In this document: positions 19,278-29,421 of the stretch, one piece after another
How the letters are laid out: each line of letters begins with the position of its first letter
Position numbering within the stretch: position 1 is the stretch's first letter
IMG/VR virus record: IMGVR_UViG_3300032232_000888
Location: 1 to 42,808 of that record
Source of the DNA: a virus
Lineage: Duplodnaviria; Caudoviricetes
Length of the DNA stretch: 42,808 bases
Reading direction: 5' to 3' (one strand)
Made by a program: the position numbers and the translations under genes
The notes under the pieces: model-generated
Told to the model about the DNA's origin: nothing
The model's database searches: none
Seen by the model: only the letters and a program-made list of their open reading frames with translations

Positions 19278-20344
19278 AGTTAGCAATTATCACTGATACA
19301 CATTGGGGAGTTCGTAATGATAACATTGCCTTCATGGACAACAGTAAGCGATTTCTTGATGAAGTATTTTTACCATATTTGGACAATAACAATGTCTATA
19401 CTGTTTGTCATCTTGGTGATCTTGTAGACCGTCGTAAGTATATTAATTTCAATACTGCACTTCGTCTCCGTCAAGATTTCCTTGAACCTCTTTTCCAACG
19501 AGATATTGAGCTTCACCTTATCGCTGGTAATCATGATACTTACTTTAAAAACACTAATCGAGTCAATGCGCTTCGCGAGTTAGTTGAACGTAAGTACGCT
19601 GATCAATTTATAATACACGATCATAATCCTTGTGAGTGGATGTTTGATGGTACAAATGTGTTAATGCTACCTTGGATTTGTGATGAGAACAGAGAGGCAA
19701 GTTTACATGCAATCAGAAACACTAGCGCCCAAATCGTCATGGGACACTTGGAGCTCCAAGGCTTCGAGATGTTTCGTGGGTCTATTGTCTCACATGGCGA
19801 TGATCCCAGTTTATTTGACCGTTTCGATACTGTTATGTCTGGCCATTATCACCATCGCAGTTCTCGCGGTAATATTCATTATCTCGGTAGCCATGCTGAG
19901 TTCACTTGGTCTGATTACTCCGACCCAAGAGGGTTTCACATATTCGATACGAAAACGAGAGGGCTGACCTTTATTGAGAACCCATACAGGATGTTTAAGA
20001 AAGTATGGTATAATGATGCTGATGCCACTTTCTTAAACTCCGAGATAGATTATGCTCAGTATAAGAATTGTATGCTTAAGGTTATCATTCAAGAGAAAAC
20101 AAATTTGTTTTGGTTTGATAAGTTTATCGAAAATATCGAATCAGAAAATCCTCTTGATATTCAGATTGTTGAAGATCACCTTAATCTTAACCTTGAAGAA
20201 GATTCTGATATTGTTAATGAAGCAGAATCAACAATTGATATTTTTAAGAAGTACATTAGCGGGTTCGATGAGAAAACTGTTAACAAAGAAAAACTTGAAA
20301 AGAAAATTGTTGAATTGTACAACGAGGCTTTGACTATTGAATGA
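19274..20344 (+). CDS. gp47: Recombination endonuclease subunit, gp47 (Mre11/SbcD-like)
   Basis: Metallophosphoesterase motifs TDTHWG, GDLVD, GNHD and SGHYH. Confidence 0.95.
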   Translation: MKLAIITDTHWGVRNDNIAFMDNSKRFLDEVFLPYLDNNNVYTVCHLGDLVDRRKYINFNTALRLRQDFLEPLFQRDIELHLIAGNHDTYFKNTNRVNALRELVERKYADQFIIHDHNPCEWMFDGTNVLMLPWICDENREASLHAIRNTSAQIVMGHLELQGFEMFRGSIVSHGDDPSLFDRFDTVMSGHYHHRSSRGNIHYLGSHAEFTWSDYSDPRGFHIFDTKTRGLTFIENPYRMFKKVWYNDADATFLNSEIDYAQYKNCMLKVIIQEKTNLFWFDKFIENIESENPLDIQIVEDHLNLNLEEDSDIVNEAESTIDIFKKYISGFDEKTVNKEKLEKKIVELYNEALTIE

Positions 20345-22047
20345 TTATATTTAAAAAACTGCGTTGGAAAAACTTTCTTTCTACAGGTAATGTTTTTACT
20401 GAAATTAATTTGAACGAACATAACACCACGCTTATCGTTGGTGAGAATGGTGCAGGCAAATCAACAATGCTTGATGCGCTTTCATTTGTTTTGTTCGGCA
20501 AAGCATTTCGTAAGATCAACAAGCCTCAGCTACTCAACTCAATCACTCTGAAAGGATTGGTTGTAGAGGTTGAGTTTTCTATTGGCGTCAATCAATATAA
20601 AATTGTAAGAGGTATTAAGCCAGTAGTATTTGAAGTTTATCAAAACAACAATTTGATGAATCAATCTGCTGAGATGAAAGACTATCAAGAGATTCTTGAA
20701 AAACAAATCATCAAGGTAAACCATAAGTCGTTTTCGCAGGTTGTTGTTCTTGGGTCAGCCACCTTTCAACCGTTTATGCAGTTGAGCCCAGCACAACGAC
20801 GTGATATAATTGAAGACCTTCTTGATCTTCAAATATTCACAACGATGAATTCATTGTTGAAAGATAAGATAACAGTAAACACTGGAAACATTCTAGAGGC
20901 TAATAGTAAAAGAAAATTAGTTGAAGAGAAAATTAAAATTATTACAGAGCATCTTATTGAGATGCAAAATAATAATGATCAGTTGATAGCCGAAAAGAAT
21001 TCTAGGATAGAAGAAACTGATAAACAGATTTCAGATCTTACTGACCAGTATCATATTATCGATAATCAGATTAAGAACCTCAAAGAAGATACTGAAGATG
21101 AACCTAAGATAGGTAAGCGTATCAATCAGCTTTCGCAGCTTAGACATAAGATTGAAGCCAAGCGTGCATTGCTTGATAATGATGTTAAGTTTTTTAAAAA
21201 GCACGAGAACTGCCCTACGTGTACTCAGTCTATCAGTTTCGAGTTTCGTGAAAGAACTTTGTCTAATAAGAATAATGAGATTGAGAGTATTGATACTGCT
21301 CTTACTGATCTCGTTTCTCAATACGAAGAAGCTAATGTTCGTTTGAATGAAATCATTGAGATACATGCTCAAATCAATACATTCCAGTTCGATACTCATA
21401 AGATCAAAACTAAGATAAGTTCTCTTATAGAATATCGCAACACATTGGATGAAGAAATAAAATCTATCAATAAGAAAACAGTTGAACAAGATGATACTAA
21501 GATAACTGATCTTGAAAAAGAATTAACAGAGATTAAAAAAGCTACGAACGAACTTAATGACGACAAACAAGTTCTAGCAGCTGCAGCTTCTTTGTTGAAA
21601 GATGGTGGCATCAAAGCAAGGATTATCAAACAGTATGTTCCTGTTATTAATAAGCTTATCAATAAGTATCTTTCAGCTATGGATTTCTTTGTACAGTTCG
21701 AACTTGACGAAGAATTTAATGAAACAATCAAGTCGCGCTTCAGAGACGAGTTTTCTTACGCCTCATTTTCTGAGGGTGAAAAGATGCGAATTAATCTTGC
21801 TATCTTGTTTACATGGCGTGCTGTGGCTAAGTTGCGTAATTCTATCTCTACTAACCTGCTTATTATGGATGAAGTTTTCGATAGCTCCTTAGACTCGAAC
21901 GGAACAGAAGAATTCCTCAAGATAATTATTAGCTTGACTTCTGATACAAATACCTTTATTATAAGTCATAAGACTGATCAGCTTTACGACAAGTTCTCTA
22001 AGGTGATCAAGTTTGAGAAAAACAAGAACTTCTCAAGGATTGCATAA
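20341..22047 (+). CDS. gp46: Recombination endonuclease subunit, gp46 (Rad50/SbcC-like)
   Basis: GENGAGKST, coiled coil with CPTC hook, FSEGEK signature and LIMDEVFD. Confidence 0.96.
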   Translation: MIIFKKLRWKNFLSTGNVFTEINLNEHNTTLIVGENGAGKSTMLDALSFVLFGKAFRKINKPQLLNSITLKGLVVEVEFSIGVNQYKIVRGIKPVVFEVYQNNNLMNQSAEMKDYQEILEKQIIKVNHKSFSQVVVLGSATFQPFMQLSPAQRRDIIEDLLDLQIFTTMNSLLKDKITVNTGNILEANSKRKLVEEKIKIITEHLIEMQNNNDQLIAEKNSRIEETDKQISDLTDQYHIIDNQIKNLKEDTEDEPKIGKRINQLSQLRHKIEAKRALLDNDVKFFKKHENCPTCTQSISFEFRERTLSNKNNEIESIDTALTDLVSQYEEANVRLNEIIEIHAQINTFQFDTHKIKTKISSLIEYRNTLDEEIKSINKKTVEQDDTKITDLEKELTEIKKATNELNDDKQVLAAAASLLKDGGIKARIIKQYVPVINKLINKYLSAMDFFVQFELDEEFNETIKSRFRDEFSYASFSEGEKMRINLAILFTWRAVAKLRNSISTNLLIMDEVFDSSLDSNGTEEFLKIIISLTSDTNTFIISHKTDQLYDKFSKVIKFEKNKNFSRIA

Positions 22048-22622
22048 TGTTTGATACAGTGGTAGTTGACGATCTCTTAAACCATAAAGATCAAGGTCGT
22101 CTTCATGACATGATAATGCATCATGTTGAGTGGAAATTCTTGAACGACGTCAGCGGTAACAACAATCAACCATTTCCTTCGAATGGTTTCGTGCACGTCA
22201 CTAAGCATCCAGAGTTTGCCAACCCCTCTATCATTTACGATGTTTTACTAGGAATGTTCAAAGAAAGGTTGCAGCAATTTGTTCCTGGATACAAAGAAAT
22301 TTACTATAATCGTATTTTTCTCCAGCTCCCTTTAGCAAAGCACTTTAAAAAGGAACACAATGGAGTTCACGTCGATCTTCCTCCTCATCTTCCTCATGTG
22401 GCTTGTGTGTATTACGTTAATGATTCTGATGGAGATACTATTATCTACGAGCAGACGATTAATGATGTTCCAGGAGGATCTCAAAACGTACAACTCACAG
22501 AACACAAAAGGGTTACGCCGAGACGTGGCAGAGCAGTGTTTTTTGATGGTTCTCGATATCATTGCAGCAGTCAGCCTACTCTCAATTATCGTACTATCAT
22601 TAACTTTGATTTGACTGTATGA
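22047..22622 (+). CDS. 2OG-Fe(II) oxygenase superfamily protein
   Basis: HVD...YYVNDSDGDT...FDGSRYHCS...R..IN, matching the HxD...H...R DSBH motif set. Confidence 0.85.
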   Translation: MFDTVVVDDLLNHKDQGRLHDMIMHHVEWKFLNDVSGNNNQPFPSNGFVHVTKHPEFANPSIIYDVLLGMFKERLQQFVPGYKEIYYNRIFLQLPLAKHFKKEHNGVHVDLPPHLPHVACVYYVNDSDGDTIIYEQTINDVPGGSQNVQLTEHKRVTPRRGRAVFFDGSRYHCSSQPTLNYRTIINFDLTV

Positions 22623-22771
22623 TTTGGCGTATCTGGGCAAAAGCTCTCGGTGAAAAAACTGGGAAAGATGATAGAGAAGCTGACAAAGTTGCGATAATTC
22701 GCACTTGTATAGTTCTCTGTTATGTTATAACTAACATCTTTATCATAGCAGGAGTTATACGGCATTGGTAG
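22619..22771 (+). CDS. Small membrane protein (50 aa, below the ORF-track cutoff)
   Basis: MIWRIWAKALGEKTGKDDREADKVAIIRTCIVLCYVITNIFIIAGVIRHW; ATGA overlap with the previous stop; one C-terminal hydrophobic helix. Confidence 0.7.
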   Translation: MIWRIWAKALGEKTGKDDREADKVAIIRTCIVLCYVITNIFIIAGVIRHW

Positions 22772-23001
22772 TAACTTTAGAAACAGATCCTGAAACTGGC
22801 GATCTTATCCTTCCTATCCCAACAGAGCTATTGTCTCAAATGGGATGGATCGAAGGAACAGAACTGTTTTGGATTGATAATGAGAATGGCACATACAGCC
22901 TGAAGGAAAAGAAAAATGGAACTAGTGAAGAGCAACGATCTGATACTGACGACTCCGTGTCAACAGTTCAACTTTCAGGATCCACCATTCGACCCGATTG
23001 A
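22765..23001 (+). CDS. AbrB/MazE/SpoVT-like small DNA-binding protein
   Basis: GDLILPIPTELLSQMGWIEGTEL resembles the swapped-hairpin motif; the C-terminal tail overlaps def. Confidence 0.6.
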   Translation: MVVTLETDPETGDLILPIPTELLSQMGWIEGTELFWIDNENGTYSLKEKKNGTSEEQRSDTDDSVSTVQLSGSTIRPD

Positions 23002-23452
23002 GTTTGCCAAAGAACTTGTATCTTTCATGTACGAGAGTAACGGTATTGGTCTTGCTGCTAATCAGGTAGGAGTTCCTTATCGTGTGTTCGCGATGCGTGG
23101 TTCTCCGGAAAACTTTGTCTGTTTCAACCCCAAGATCGTACAACCTTCAGAGGCTCAAGTTACCCTTGAAGAAGGGTGCTTGACTTTTCCAGGTTTAACG
23201 GTTAAAATAAAAAGACCACAACATGTTCGTGTTCGTTTCACGAAACCTAACAACGAAACTATTACTAGACAGTTTACAGGTATGACTGCTCGCATATTCC
23301 AACATGAACTAGACCATTTAGATGGTGTTGTGTTCTACAATAAAGCAAACAGATTTCATCGCGATAAAGCTTTAGAAAAGTGGCGGCGTGGTGATGTTTC
23401 GACATTAAACGTAAATACGGATCTTAGTAAATATGAATATCTTCTACGTTGA
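22916..23452 (+). CDS. def: Peptide deformylase
   Basis: All three PDF motifs present: GIGLAANQ, EGCL and QHELDH. Confidence 0.95.
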   Translation: MELVKSNDLILTTPCQQFNFQDPPFDPIEFAKELVSFMYESNGIGLAANQVGVPYRVFAMRGSPENFVCFNPKIVQPSEAQVTLEEGCLTFPGLTVKIKRPQHVRVRFTKPNNETITRQFTGMTARIFQHELDHLDGVVFYNKANRFHRDKALEKWRRGDVSTLNVNTDLSKYEYLLR

Positions 23453-23993
23453 TCATGACCCTATGAATGCAGCGGAAGCTTTAGTTGATAAGCACGTTGT
23501 TAAAATGATTCTCGAGAGCGCACAGCTGCTCTCGACTGCGCATCGTGTGCTCGATGGCGAGTTAGTTGATGGCATCAGAGTAAACTTAGATACAGGTAAA
23601 TCTCGCAAAACAAAGGCATATATACTTGCTGATGCTCGTGATTCAGTTATCTATTCTGCTACTCATATGAATCACCCATCGGCTGTTTGGTGTCGTAACT
23701 CTGTACAGAATTATGATTGGCTTGTTGATCATATGTTTGCATTAATGCGCGAGTACACTCATCGCTATGGTAAAACTCACAAGTGTTACGGTGAGATATC
23801 GTACATGCTGCAGTCTCCTCCAAAGAATCTTAAAGATTGGGACTGGACTCCGATGCCTTCTTGTATGGCAGATGAATATATTATTTCAGATGACCCCTTG
23901 ACTAATTACCGAAACTATTATAAGATTGGTAAATCGAATCTTCACAAATGGACTAACAGAGAACCTCCGGAGTGGATCAATGAGCAGGTATGA
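23433..23993 (+). CDS. Pyrimidine-dimer DNA glycosylase / endonuclease V (DenV)-family protein
   Basis: MNIF..D...DKHVVKMILESAQLLST, HMNHPSAVW, EYTHRYGKTH and YRNYY motifs. Confidence 0.75.
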   Translation: MNIFYVDHDPMNAAEALVDKHVVKMILESAQLLSTAHRVLDGELVDGIRVNLDTGKSRKTKAYILADARDSVIYSATHMNHPSAVWCRNSVQNYDWLVDHMFALMREYTHRYGKTHKCYGEISYMLQSPPKNLKDWDWTPMPSCMADEYIISDDPLTNYRNYYKIGKSNLHKWTNREPPEWINEQV

Positions 23994-24198
23994 TATGGGT
24001 AAATTTGAATGGGACTGGTTTATTGGTTGGACTGGTGCGACGGTAATAATTTTGGGTCTTGTAACTGCAATTTATTTTGGTTCTATTGATAATAGTCAAA
24101 AGTATTATGCATCAATGGATAAATGTATTGCTGCTGGTGGTTCATTCATTCCTATGCGTGGAAGTGAAGCAATTTGTATTCAGGGAATAAAGCAATGA
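23980..24198 (+). CDS. Hypothetical single-TM protein
   Basis: ATG at 23980 preceded by GGAG; hydrophobic segment followed by C..AGG...C. Confidence 0.55.
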   Translation: MSRYDMGKFEWDWFIGWTGATVIILGLVTAIYFGSIDNSQKYYASMDKCIAAGGSFIPMRGSEAICIQGIKQ

Positions 24199-24608
24199 GT
24201 TTTTATACAGACGTGCGAGATTTTCATCAGGCATTCGGGCAGCGTGTTGGCGAGAAGCCAGAGTTTCCTGATGGCGCGGAACGTTGTCTTAGAACGAGAC
24301 TTTTACAAGAAGAATTTGAAGAATATCTTTTAGCTGAAGGGCAAACCGACCTTGTTGAAGTTGCCGATGCACTTGCTGACATTATCTATATTGCTTGTGG
24401 CACTGCCGTTTCTTACGGTATTCCTTTGGACGATGTTTTTGCTGAGGTCCATCGAAGCAATATGGCAAAGCTTGTCGATGGCAAGGTAATTCGTCGTGCT
24501 GATGGTAAAGTACAGAAGCCAGAAGGCTGGACTGCTCCGGATATTAAGGGCGTATTAGAAAAGTCACACCAAGAATATATTTGTAAAATTGCATCAATCA
24601 CGCTATAA
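24195..24608 (+). CDS. MazG-like / PRA-PH-family NTP pyrophosphohydrolase
   Basis: LLQEEFEEY...VADALADIIY...EVHRSNMAK...DGKVQKP motifs. Confidence 0.85.
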   Translation: MSFYTDVRDFHQAFGQRVGEKPEFPDGAERCLRTRLLQEEFEEYLLAEGQTDLVEVADALADIIYIACGTAVSYGIPLDDVFAEVHRSNMAKLVDGKVIRRADGKVQKPEGWTAPDIKGVLEKSHQEYICKIASITL

Positions 24609-24650
24609 TACAAGTATATATACTAGACAATTCTAATACAGGAGGCATAA

Positions 24651-25952
24651 ATGGTAGAAGTACTTGTTCGTCAAAAAATTGATTCTGAAGAAACATTAGG
24701 CACATTCATTTCAAATAATTATTATGATCGTGTTATTGAAACTGATTGTGATCTTTATGCCTGGAATCAAACAGGTATCAACGACGAATCTAATATCATT
24801 TTCAAGTTTCGTAAAAACACATTTACGAAAGAAGAATGTGATGCTGCTTATGCTGGTCTCAGAGAAGCTGCAGTAGAATCACAAAATCGTGGTTTGGCTG
24901 CTGGCCCTCGTGGTGATTTCCTTGGTACAGCTGGTCGTGGTGGACGCGATTGGGTCACTGCTGAACATGAAGATATCTTGTTCTTCCTATCAAGAACAGT
25001 TAATTCTATTGATAGCGGAGATACCATAGATACTATTCGTCAAACTCACAAGAATAATCCTAGAGAAGAAACACGTGGTAGGGTTTGGCTTCGTTCAGAA
25101 GTAATGAAAGCATATCCTGAATATCATGGTTGGTTCGAAAGATGGCTTATTGATGTCGCTAGTATGTCTCGTGAAGAGCAGCGTAAAGAAGCCGAGTTTG
25201 TAATTGATAAGTATATTTCCGATACCAACTACGCTCAGTCAGTTATGTCTGGTATTGCTGGATACTTCGATCGTTATCCTCGCATTCCTTACGGTCGCGA
25301 AACATCATATACTGAGAAGAACCGCCAGAAGTTCGCTCTCTGTTATCCTTACCTTCAAAAACTTAACTCACAGTTTGCAAAACTGATTCCTAACAGATGG
25401 AAAGCGCAGAATGATCAAGCAAACAAACTTGACTCAAGATTCCGCATTGATGGCACTGTCTTTACTACTCTTACTGTTAACCACAATTGGCGTACTGCCT
25501 GCCATCGAGATGCTGGCGATCTTACTACTGGCTTCAGTAATATTTGTGGGGTTACTGGTCCAGAGGGTAAAGGATGGAGAGGTGGTCAGTTTATTCTTCC
25601 TGAGTACCGCATTGCAATTAATCTCCAGCCTGGTGATATGTTGCTTGTCAATAACCACGAAGGAATTCACGGAAACGATGAACTTATTGGCGATGATAAC
25701 GACCGTATGACTATCGTTGCGTACTTCCGTGAAAAGATGCTAGAGCTTAAGTCATGGGAATATGAGAACCTTCGTAAGCAGTTTGTTGACGAGAGGCGTT
25801 TGGACAAGAGTCATAAGTTTCAGCGCCCTCTTTGGAATGGTGTATCTCCTGGTATGTGGGAAGATCAAGAGTGGTACGATTACATGAAAACTCATAACAT
25901 CCCTAATCCTTATGCTAAGCAAGAAACTGCAAGCTTGGACGCATTCTTTTAA
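24651..25952 (+). CDS. TET/JBP-like 2OG-Fe(II) dioxygenase (candidate DNA base hydroxylase)
   Basis: VFTTLTVNHNWRTACHRDAGD (HxD), GDMLL...IHGN and RMTIVAYFRE match the TET/JBP clade pattern; first gene of the modification cluster. Confidence 0.75.
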   Translation: MVEVLVRQKIDSEETLGTFISNNYYDRVIETDCDLYAWNQTGINDESNIIFKFRKNTFTKEECDAAYAGLREAAVESQNRGLAAGPRGDFLGTAGRGGRDWVTAEHEDILFFLSRTVNSIDSGDTIDTIRQTHKNNPREETRGRVWLRSEVMKAYPEYHGWFERWLIDVASMSREEQRKEAEFVIDKYISDTNYAQSVMSGIAGYFDRYPRIPYGRETSYTEKNRQKFALCYPYLQKLNSQFAKLIPNRWKAQNDQANKLDSRFRIDGTVFTTLTVNHNWRTACHRDAGDLTTGFSNICGVTGPEGKGWRGGQFILPEYRIAINLQPGDMLLVNNHEGIHGNDELIGDDNDRMTIVAYFREKMLELKSWEYENLRKQFVDERRLDKSHKFQRPLWNGVSPGMWEDQEWYDYMKTHNIPNPYAKQETASLDAFF

Positions 25953-26629
25953 TGTGTGGCGTTCTTGGTATTGCTATTAAAAACTTCAAAGAGGAAGATC
26001 ACGATTTAGTTCGTGGTCTTTTCGTTCAATCTATGATTCGTGGTAAGCATGCGACTGGCGTTTCGTATGTAAAAAGTGGTATTGTAAATACTATTAAAGA
26101 ACCAATACCTGCTGACGAATTTATTGCGAAACAAAATTTAAACGATTGGAAAAATGAAGATGGAAATTTATATTGTGTTGGTCATATTAGGTACTCCACT
26201 TCTGACTTGCGTTTCAATCAGCCTATGGCTAGTGATAGGCTATCTATCGTCCACAACGGTATCATATCTCAAGAACCTCCTGAAACTTGGGAGGACAAAT
26301 ACAAACTCAGACCAGAAACCTCTAACGACTCCGAGCTTGTTCTGCGAGCAATGGAAGAAGATTTAAATCCTCTACATCATTTCGATCCTGCTTCGATGGC
26401 TGTTTGTGCTTTATATGATGATAAAAGATTAGTTGCATATCGCAATCATGAACGACCACTATACTATTCATTAAGTAATAACGGAATTGCTTTTGCATCA
26501 ACAGCGGATATCTTGAAAAGAGCTGGCTTTCCTTTTTCAGTAAAAGTTAACATGTATGAAATTAATACTATTGAAAATTTCGAAGTTTCAAGCTATACTA
26601 TAGATACTGATTATGAGGATTTACAATGA
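25952..26629 (+). CDS. Class-II (Ntn) glutamine amidotransferase
   Basis: N-terminal MCG, RG.HATG, GHIRYST, QP, HNGII and NDSE motifs. Confidence 0.88.
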   Translation: MCGVLGIAIKNFKEEDHDLVRGLFVQSMIRGKHATGVSYVKSGIVNTIKEPIPADEFIAKQNLNDWKNEDGNLYCVGHIRYSTSDLRFNQPMASDRLSIVHNGIISQEPPETWEDKYKLRPETSNDSELVLRAMEEDLNPLHHFDPASMAVCALYDDKRLVAYRNHERPLYYSLSNNGIAFASTADILKRAGFPFSVKVNMYEINTIENFEVSSYTIDTDYEDLQ

Positions 26630-27498
26630 ATTATAAACCAGAAAGCTTTACATGGGGTATGGAAATTGAGTGGGGCGACATTCCCCGCTCATTCATCATT
26701 CCGGAACACCTTGGTTCTTGGGAATATAGCGAACGCGATATTATCAATACCAAAGAGCCATACAAGAATGTTTGTGCTGACCCATTGGGTATTGAACCTC
26801 CTGTTGGTGGCGAGATCAATACAAAGCCAACCAAAACTTGGCAGGAACAGGTTGATAGGTATTTCGAGTTAAAACAATTGTTTGTAGATGCTGGTCATGA
26901 GCCAACCATTTGTACAACAACTCATACACACATTCATTGTTATGTTCCTGGGTTAAAAGAAAACGTAACGGCTCTTAAACGATTCTCAAAGTATGTTAAG
27001 GAAAATCAACATACAGCTATTGATTATGCTTATGGTTTTTATAACGTCGACGAAATGAAAGAAGTTAAAGGTGCAAAAACCTATCTTAAATACGATGGCG
27101 GTAGGTTTGTTCCTGATTACATTTGTGATAATATTATAAACCTAGCGACTAACTTTGATCATTTTATCAAGCTGCATGCTGCTGGTAAAGATGGTGTATC
27201 TATGGGTCGCCCGTTTCGTTATGGTATCAACACATATGCAATGAAACATATTGGCACAATTGAGTTTCGTTTCTTCAGAGCTTCTCTGGTTCGTGAGCAA
27301 ATTGAATCTTGTTTCCGATTCACTAGCGATTTTATTGCTGCAGCTCTTAACGATGGCCCTTCTGCTCGTGATTTGATTGCAAATAATAATTATAAATTCC
27401 CTCCAATGATTTGGAGCCTTGAACAATTTAAAGGTTGGGAGGCTACCAAACATCCGGAAGATAGAGGTAAGAAACAAAGGAAGTTCGTTGAGGTTTAA
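26626..27498 (+). CDS. Putative amidoligase (COOH-NH2 ligase superfamily)
   Basis: TWGMEIEW, GGEINT, HTHIH and GTIEFRFF motifs; adjacent to the GATase. Confidence 0.78.
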   Translation: MNYKPESFTWGMEIEWGDIPRSFIIPEHLGSWEYSERDIINTKEPYKNVCADPLGIEPPVGGEINTKPTKTWQEQVDRYFELKQLFVDAGHEPTICTTTHTHIHCYVPGLKENVTALKRFSKYVKENQHTAIDYAYGFYNVDEMKEVKGAKTYLKYDGGRFVPDYICDNIINLATNFDHFIKLHAAGKDGVSMGRPFRYGINTYAMKHIGTIEFRFFRASLVREQIESCFRFTSDFIAAALNDGPSARDLIANNNYKFPPMIWSLEQFKGWEATKHPEDRGKKQRKFVEV

Positions 27499-28021
27499 AT
27501 TTACAACCAGAGAAGAGTTTATTTCTTTCATAACAGATCGTAAAGAAGATAAGTTCGCCAAGACATTTGTTGCTAAATGCGACATGCTTAAGAAATGGGA
27601 TTGGGTGTTGGGTTTATGGGATGAGGATGAATTGTGCGGAGCTATTCTTGTTACGTATTCTAAACGTCAACCAATCGTAGCAAACCTACAACTTCTCCAT
27701 ACATTCTATAAACATCGTAACAAGGGCATTGCAAAATGCCTTTGTGATATAGCATTGGTTAATGCTTGCAAGCTTAAGGTAGATTATTTCCGAGTATCAG
27801 CTGATCCTGGAGCTATTAAATTCTATGAGAAAATTGGTTTAATGATGCTTGGGGAACAAAAGAGCAAATGCCAGCTTTCCATGTTTCGTATTACTTCTCC
27901 CTTCTTTGAAGAGAACGATTACGTCATTGATTCGTTCATATACAAACAGATGACGAGAAAAGGAAAGGGCGGATGCATTAAATTTTTTGTAGAGCATAAT
28001 TTCGCTTGCCTTCCAGAATAA
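27488..28021 (+). CDS. GNAT-family N-acetyltransferase
   Basis: LQLLHTFYKHRNKGIAK (acetyl-CoA motif A) and AIKFYEKIG (motif B); start uncertain (TTG 27488 vs 27419). Confidence 0.8.
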   Translation: MRFKFTTREEFISFITDRKEDKFAKTFVAKCDMLKKWDWVLGLWDEDELCGAILVTYSKRQPIVANLQLLHTFYKHRNKGIAKCLCDIALVNACKLKVDYFRVSADPGAIKFYEKIGLMMLGEQKSKCQLSMFRITSPFFEENDYVIDSFIYKQMTRKGKGGCIKFFVEHNFACLPE

Positions 28022-28034
28022 AATATGGTATTAT
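28006..28034 (+). promoter_or_regulatory. Sigma70-like promoter for the 28099 ORF
   Basis: TTGCCT-N17-TATTAT. Confidence 0.55.
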
Positions 28035-28098
28035 ATAATTCTTGAGCGATGAAAAGAAAACTCAAGAATTTTAAAATGGTCCAAAAAAGGAGAGACCT

Positions 28099-29421
28099 AT
28101 GAACTACGAAGCTATTTGTTATTACTGGCAGAATATTGAAACACAAGAGATTGTGTATCTTGGATATCATAAAACCGATGATGAAGACGGTGATTATTAT
28201 ACAGCCAGTACCGAGAACCCTGCATTCCACGATCTTTGGAATAAGGGTCTTTTGAAACGAGTCGTGTTTTTCAAAGGAACAGTTGAGCAGTGTGTGTCAT
28301 TCGAGCATTACATTCTTTCAAAAATGAACGCTAAACATAATACCATTATGTTCAACGAGTCCAATGGTGGTGGTGCTGGATGTAATTTAGTGCTTGTTAA
28401 CGATTTGATGAAAATTCAAGCTGACAAAGTTATTAGTGGACAATTTAAAAATTGTATTATACATCACAGTGAGTTGGAAAAAGTTATACAAGCTAAAGAA
28501 ATTTTAGAAAAAGTTAAAACAAATAACATGTTTAACTATTTTCAAACAGCAGAAGTTTATGTTGGTGAGCTGCGTAACATGCAGCGAATTCAAATTCGAC
28601 ATCAGCGTCGATTGCAAAATCATATTAATATGATTGCAGATAGAATGGCCGATCCTGCTGAAGCTCGTAAACACGTCAAGCCAGTAATTGTTGTTGTTTC
28701 TAGAAACAATGTTAAGAAAATTCTAAATGGTAATCATACTTTAGAAGCAGCAATTAAGGCAAAATGGACAACGTTGCCTGTTATGTATATACCTTCAGAA
28801 GAATTTAATGACGACTTTTCTACCATGGAACATTTTGGTAAAACCATTAATATAGTTCCAGAAGTTAGAGAAGGTAATTCCAAAGAAGATGTGAAGAGAA
28901 CTATTCTTTCTTTAAAAGAAAAAGGAATTTCATTTTATTCTGATGAGATGAAACTGATCCTACAAAATTTGTACAGTCAAGAATATTCATCAAGTTCAAT
29001 TTCTGGTTTGATCGCTGCTGTTCGTAAACAGCATTTTCTTGAACATGAAGGTTCTAAGTATAATTTCTATAATTATGATAAGGGTGAACTTGATTCTAGA
29101 GTCAATGATTATTTGACCGCTAATCCAAACAGTGGTTGTATCTCTCAATCTGCCGAAAGAGTAATTTTTGCTGGTATCGGCGGTGTTGTTAATAGCTTGC
29201 GCCAAAGAAGTAGAGATTGGAATAATCCAAAGGGTAAAATTTTTATTCACTATAGTAACATCAAAGATTGGCGAGATCGTGCAACAATAAATCGGGCGAT
29301 TGAAGATTGTTTGGAAATTGCTAAATTAAATTGGATCGAGCTTGAATATCTTCCTTGTTTCTATGATACAGAGAAAGATACTTTAACACATGAGCCGCCT
29401 GTTGCCTCAGAAGCAGCGTAA
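28099..29421 (+). CDS. GIY-YIG(Seg)-like N-terminal domain fused to a ParB/Srx-like domain
   Basis: CYYWQN...YLGYH...DYYTAS...E...FNESNG resembles Seg-type GIY-YIG; KPVIVV...ILNGNHTLEAA...LPV resembles the ParB/Srx core. Confidence 0.55.
   Translation: MNYEAICYYWQNIETQEIVYLGYHKTDDEDGDYYTASTENPAFHDLWNKGLLKRVVFFKGTVEQCVSFEHYILSKMNAKHNTIMFNESNGGGAGCNLVLVNDLMKIQADKVISGQFKNCIIHHSELEKVIQAKEILEKVKTNNMFNYFQTAEVYVGELRNMQRIQIRHQRRLQNHINMIADRMADPAEARKHVKPVIVVVSRNNVKKILNGNHTLEAAIKAKWTTLPVMYIPSEEFNDDFSTMEHFGKTINIVPEVREGNSKEDVKRTILSLKEKGISFYSDEMKLILQNLYSQEYSSSSISGLIAAVRKQHFLEHEGSKYNFYNYDKGELDSRVNDYLTANPNSGCISQSAERVIFAGIGGVVNSLRQRSRDWNNPKGKIFIHYSNIKDWRDRATINRAIEDCLEIAKLNWIELEYLPCFYDTEKDTLTHEPPVASEAA

Noticed and set aside
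22765-23001. Toxin-antitoxin module implied by the AbrB/MazE-like gene
   Set aside because: No adjacent toxin-like ORF; the neighbours are a small membrane protein and peptide deformylase.
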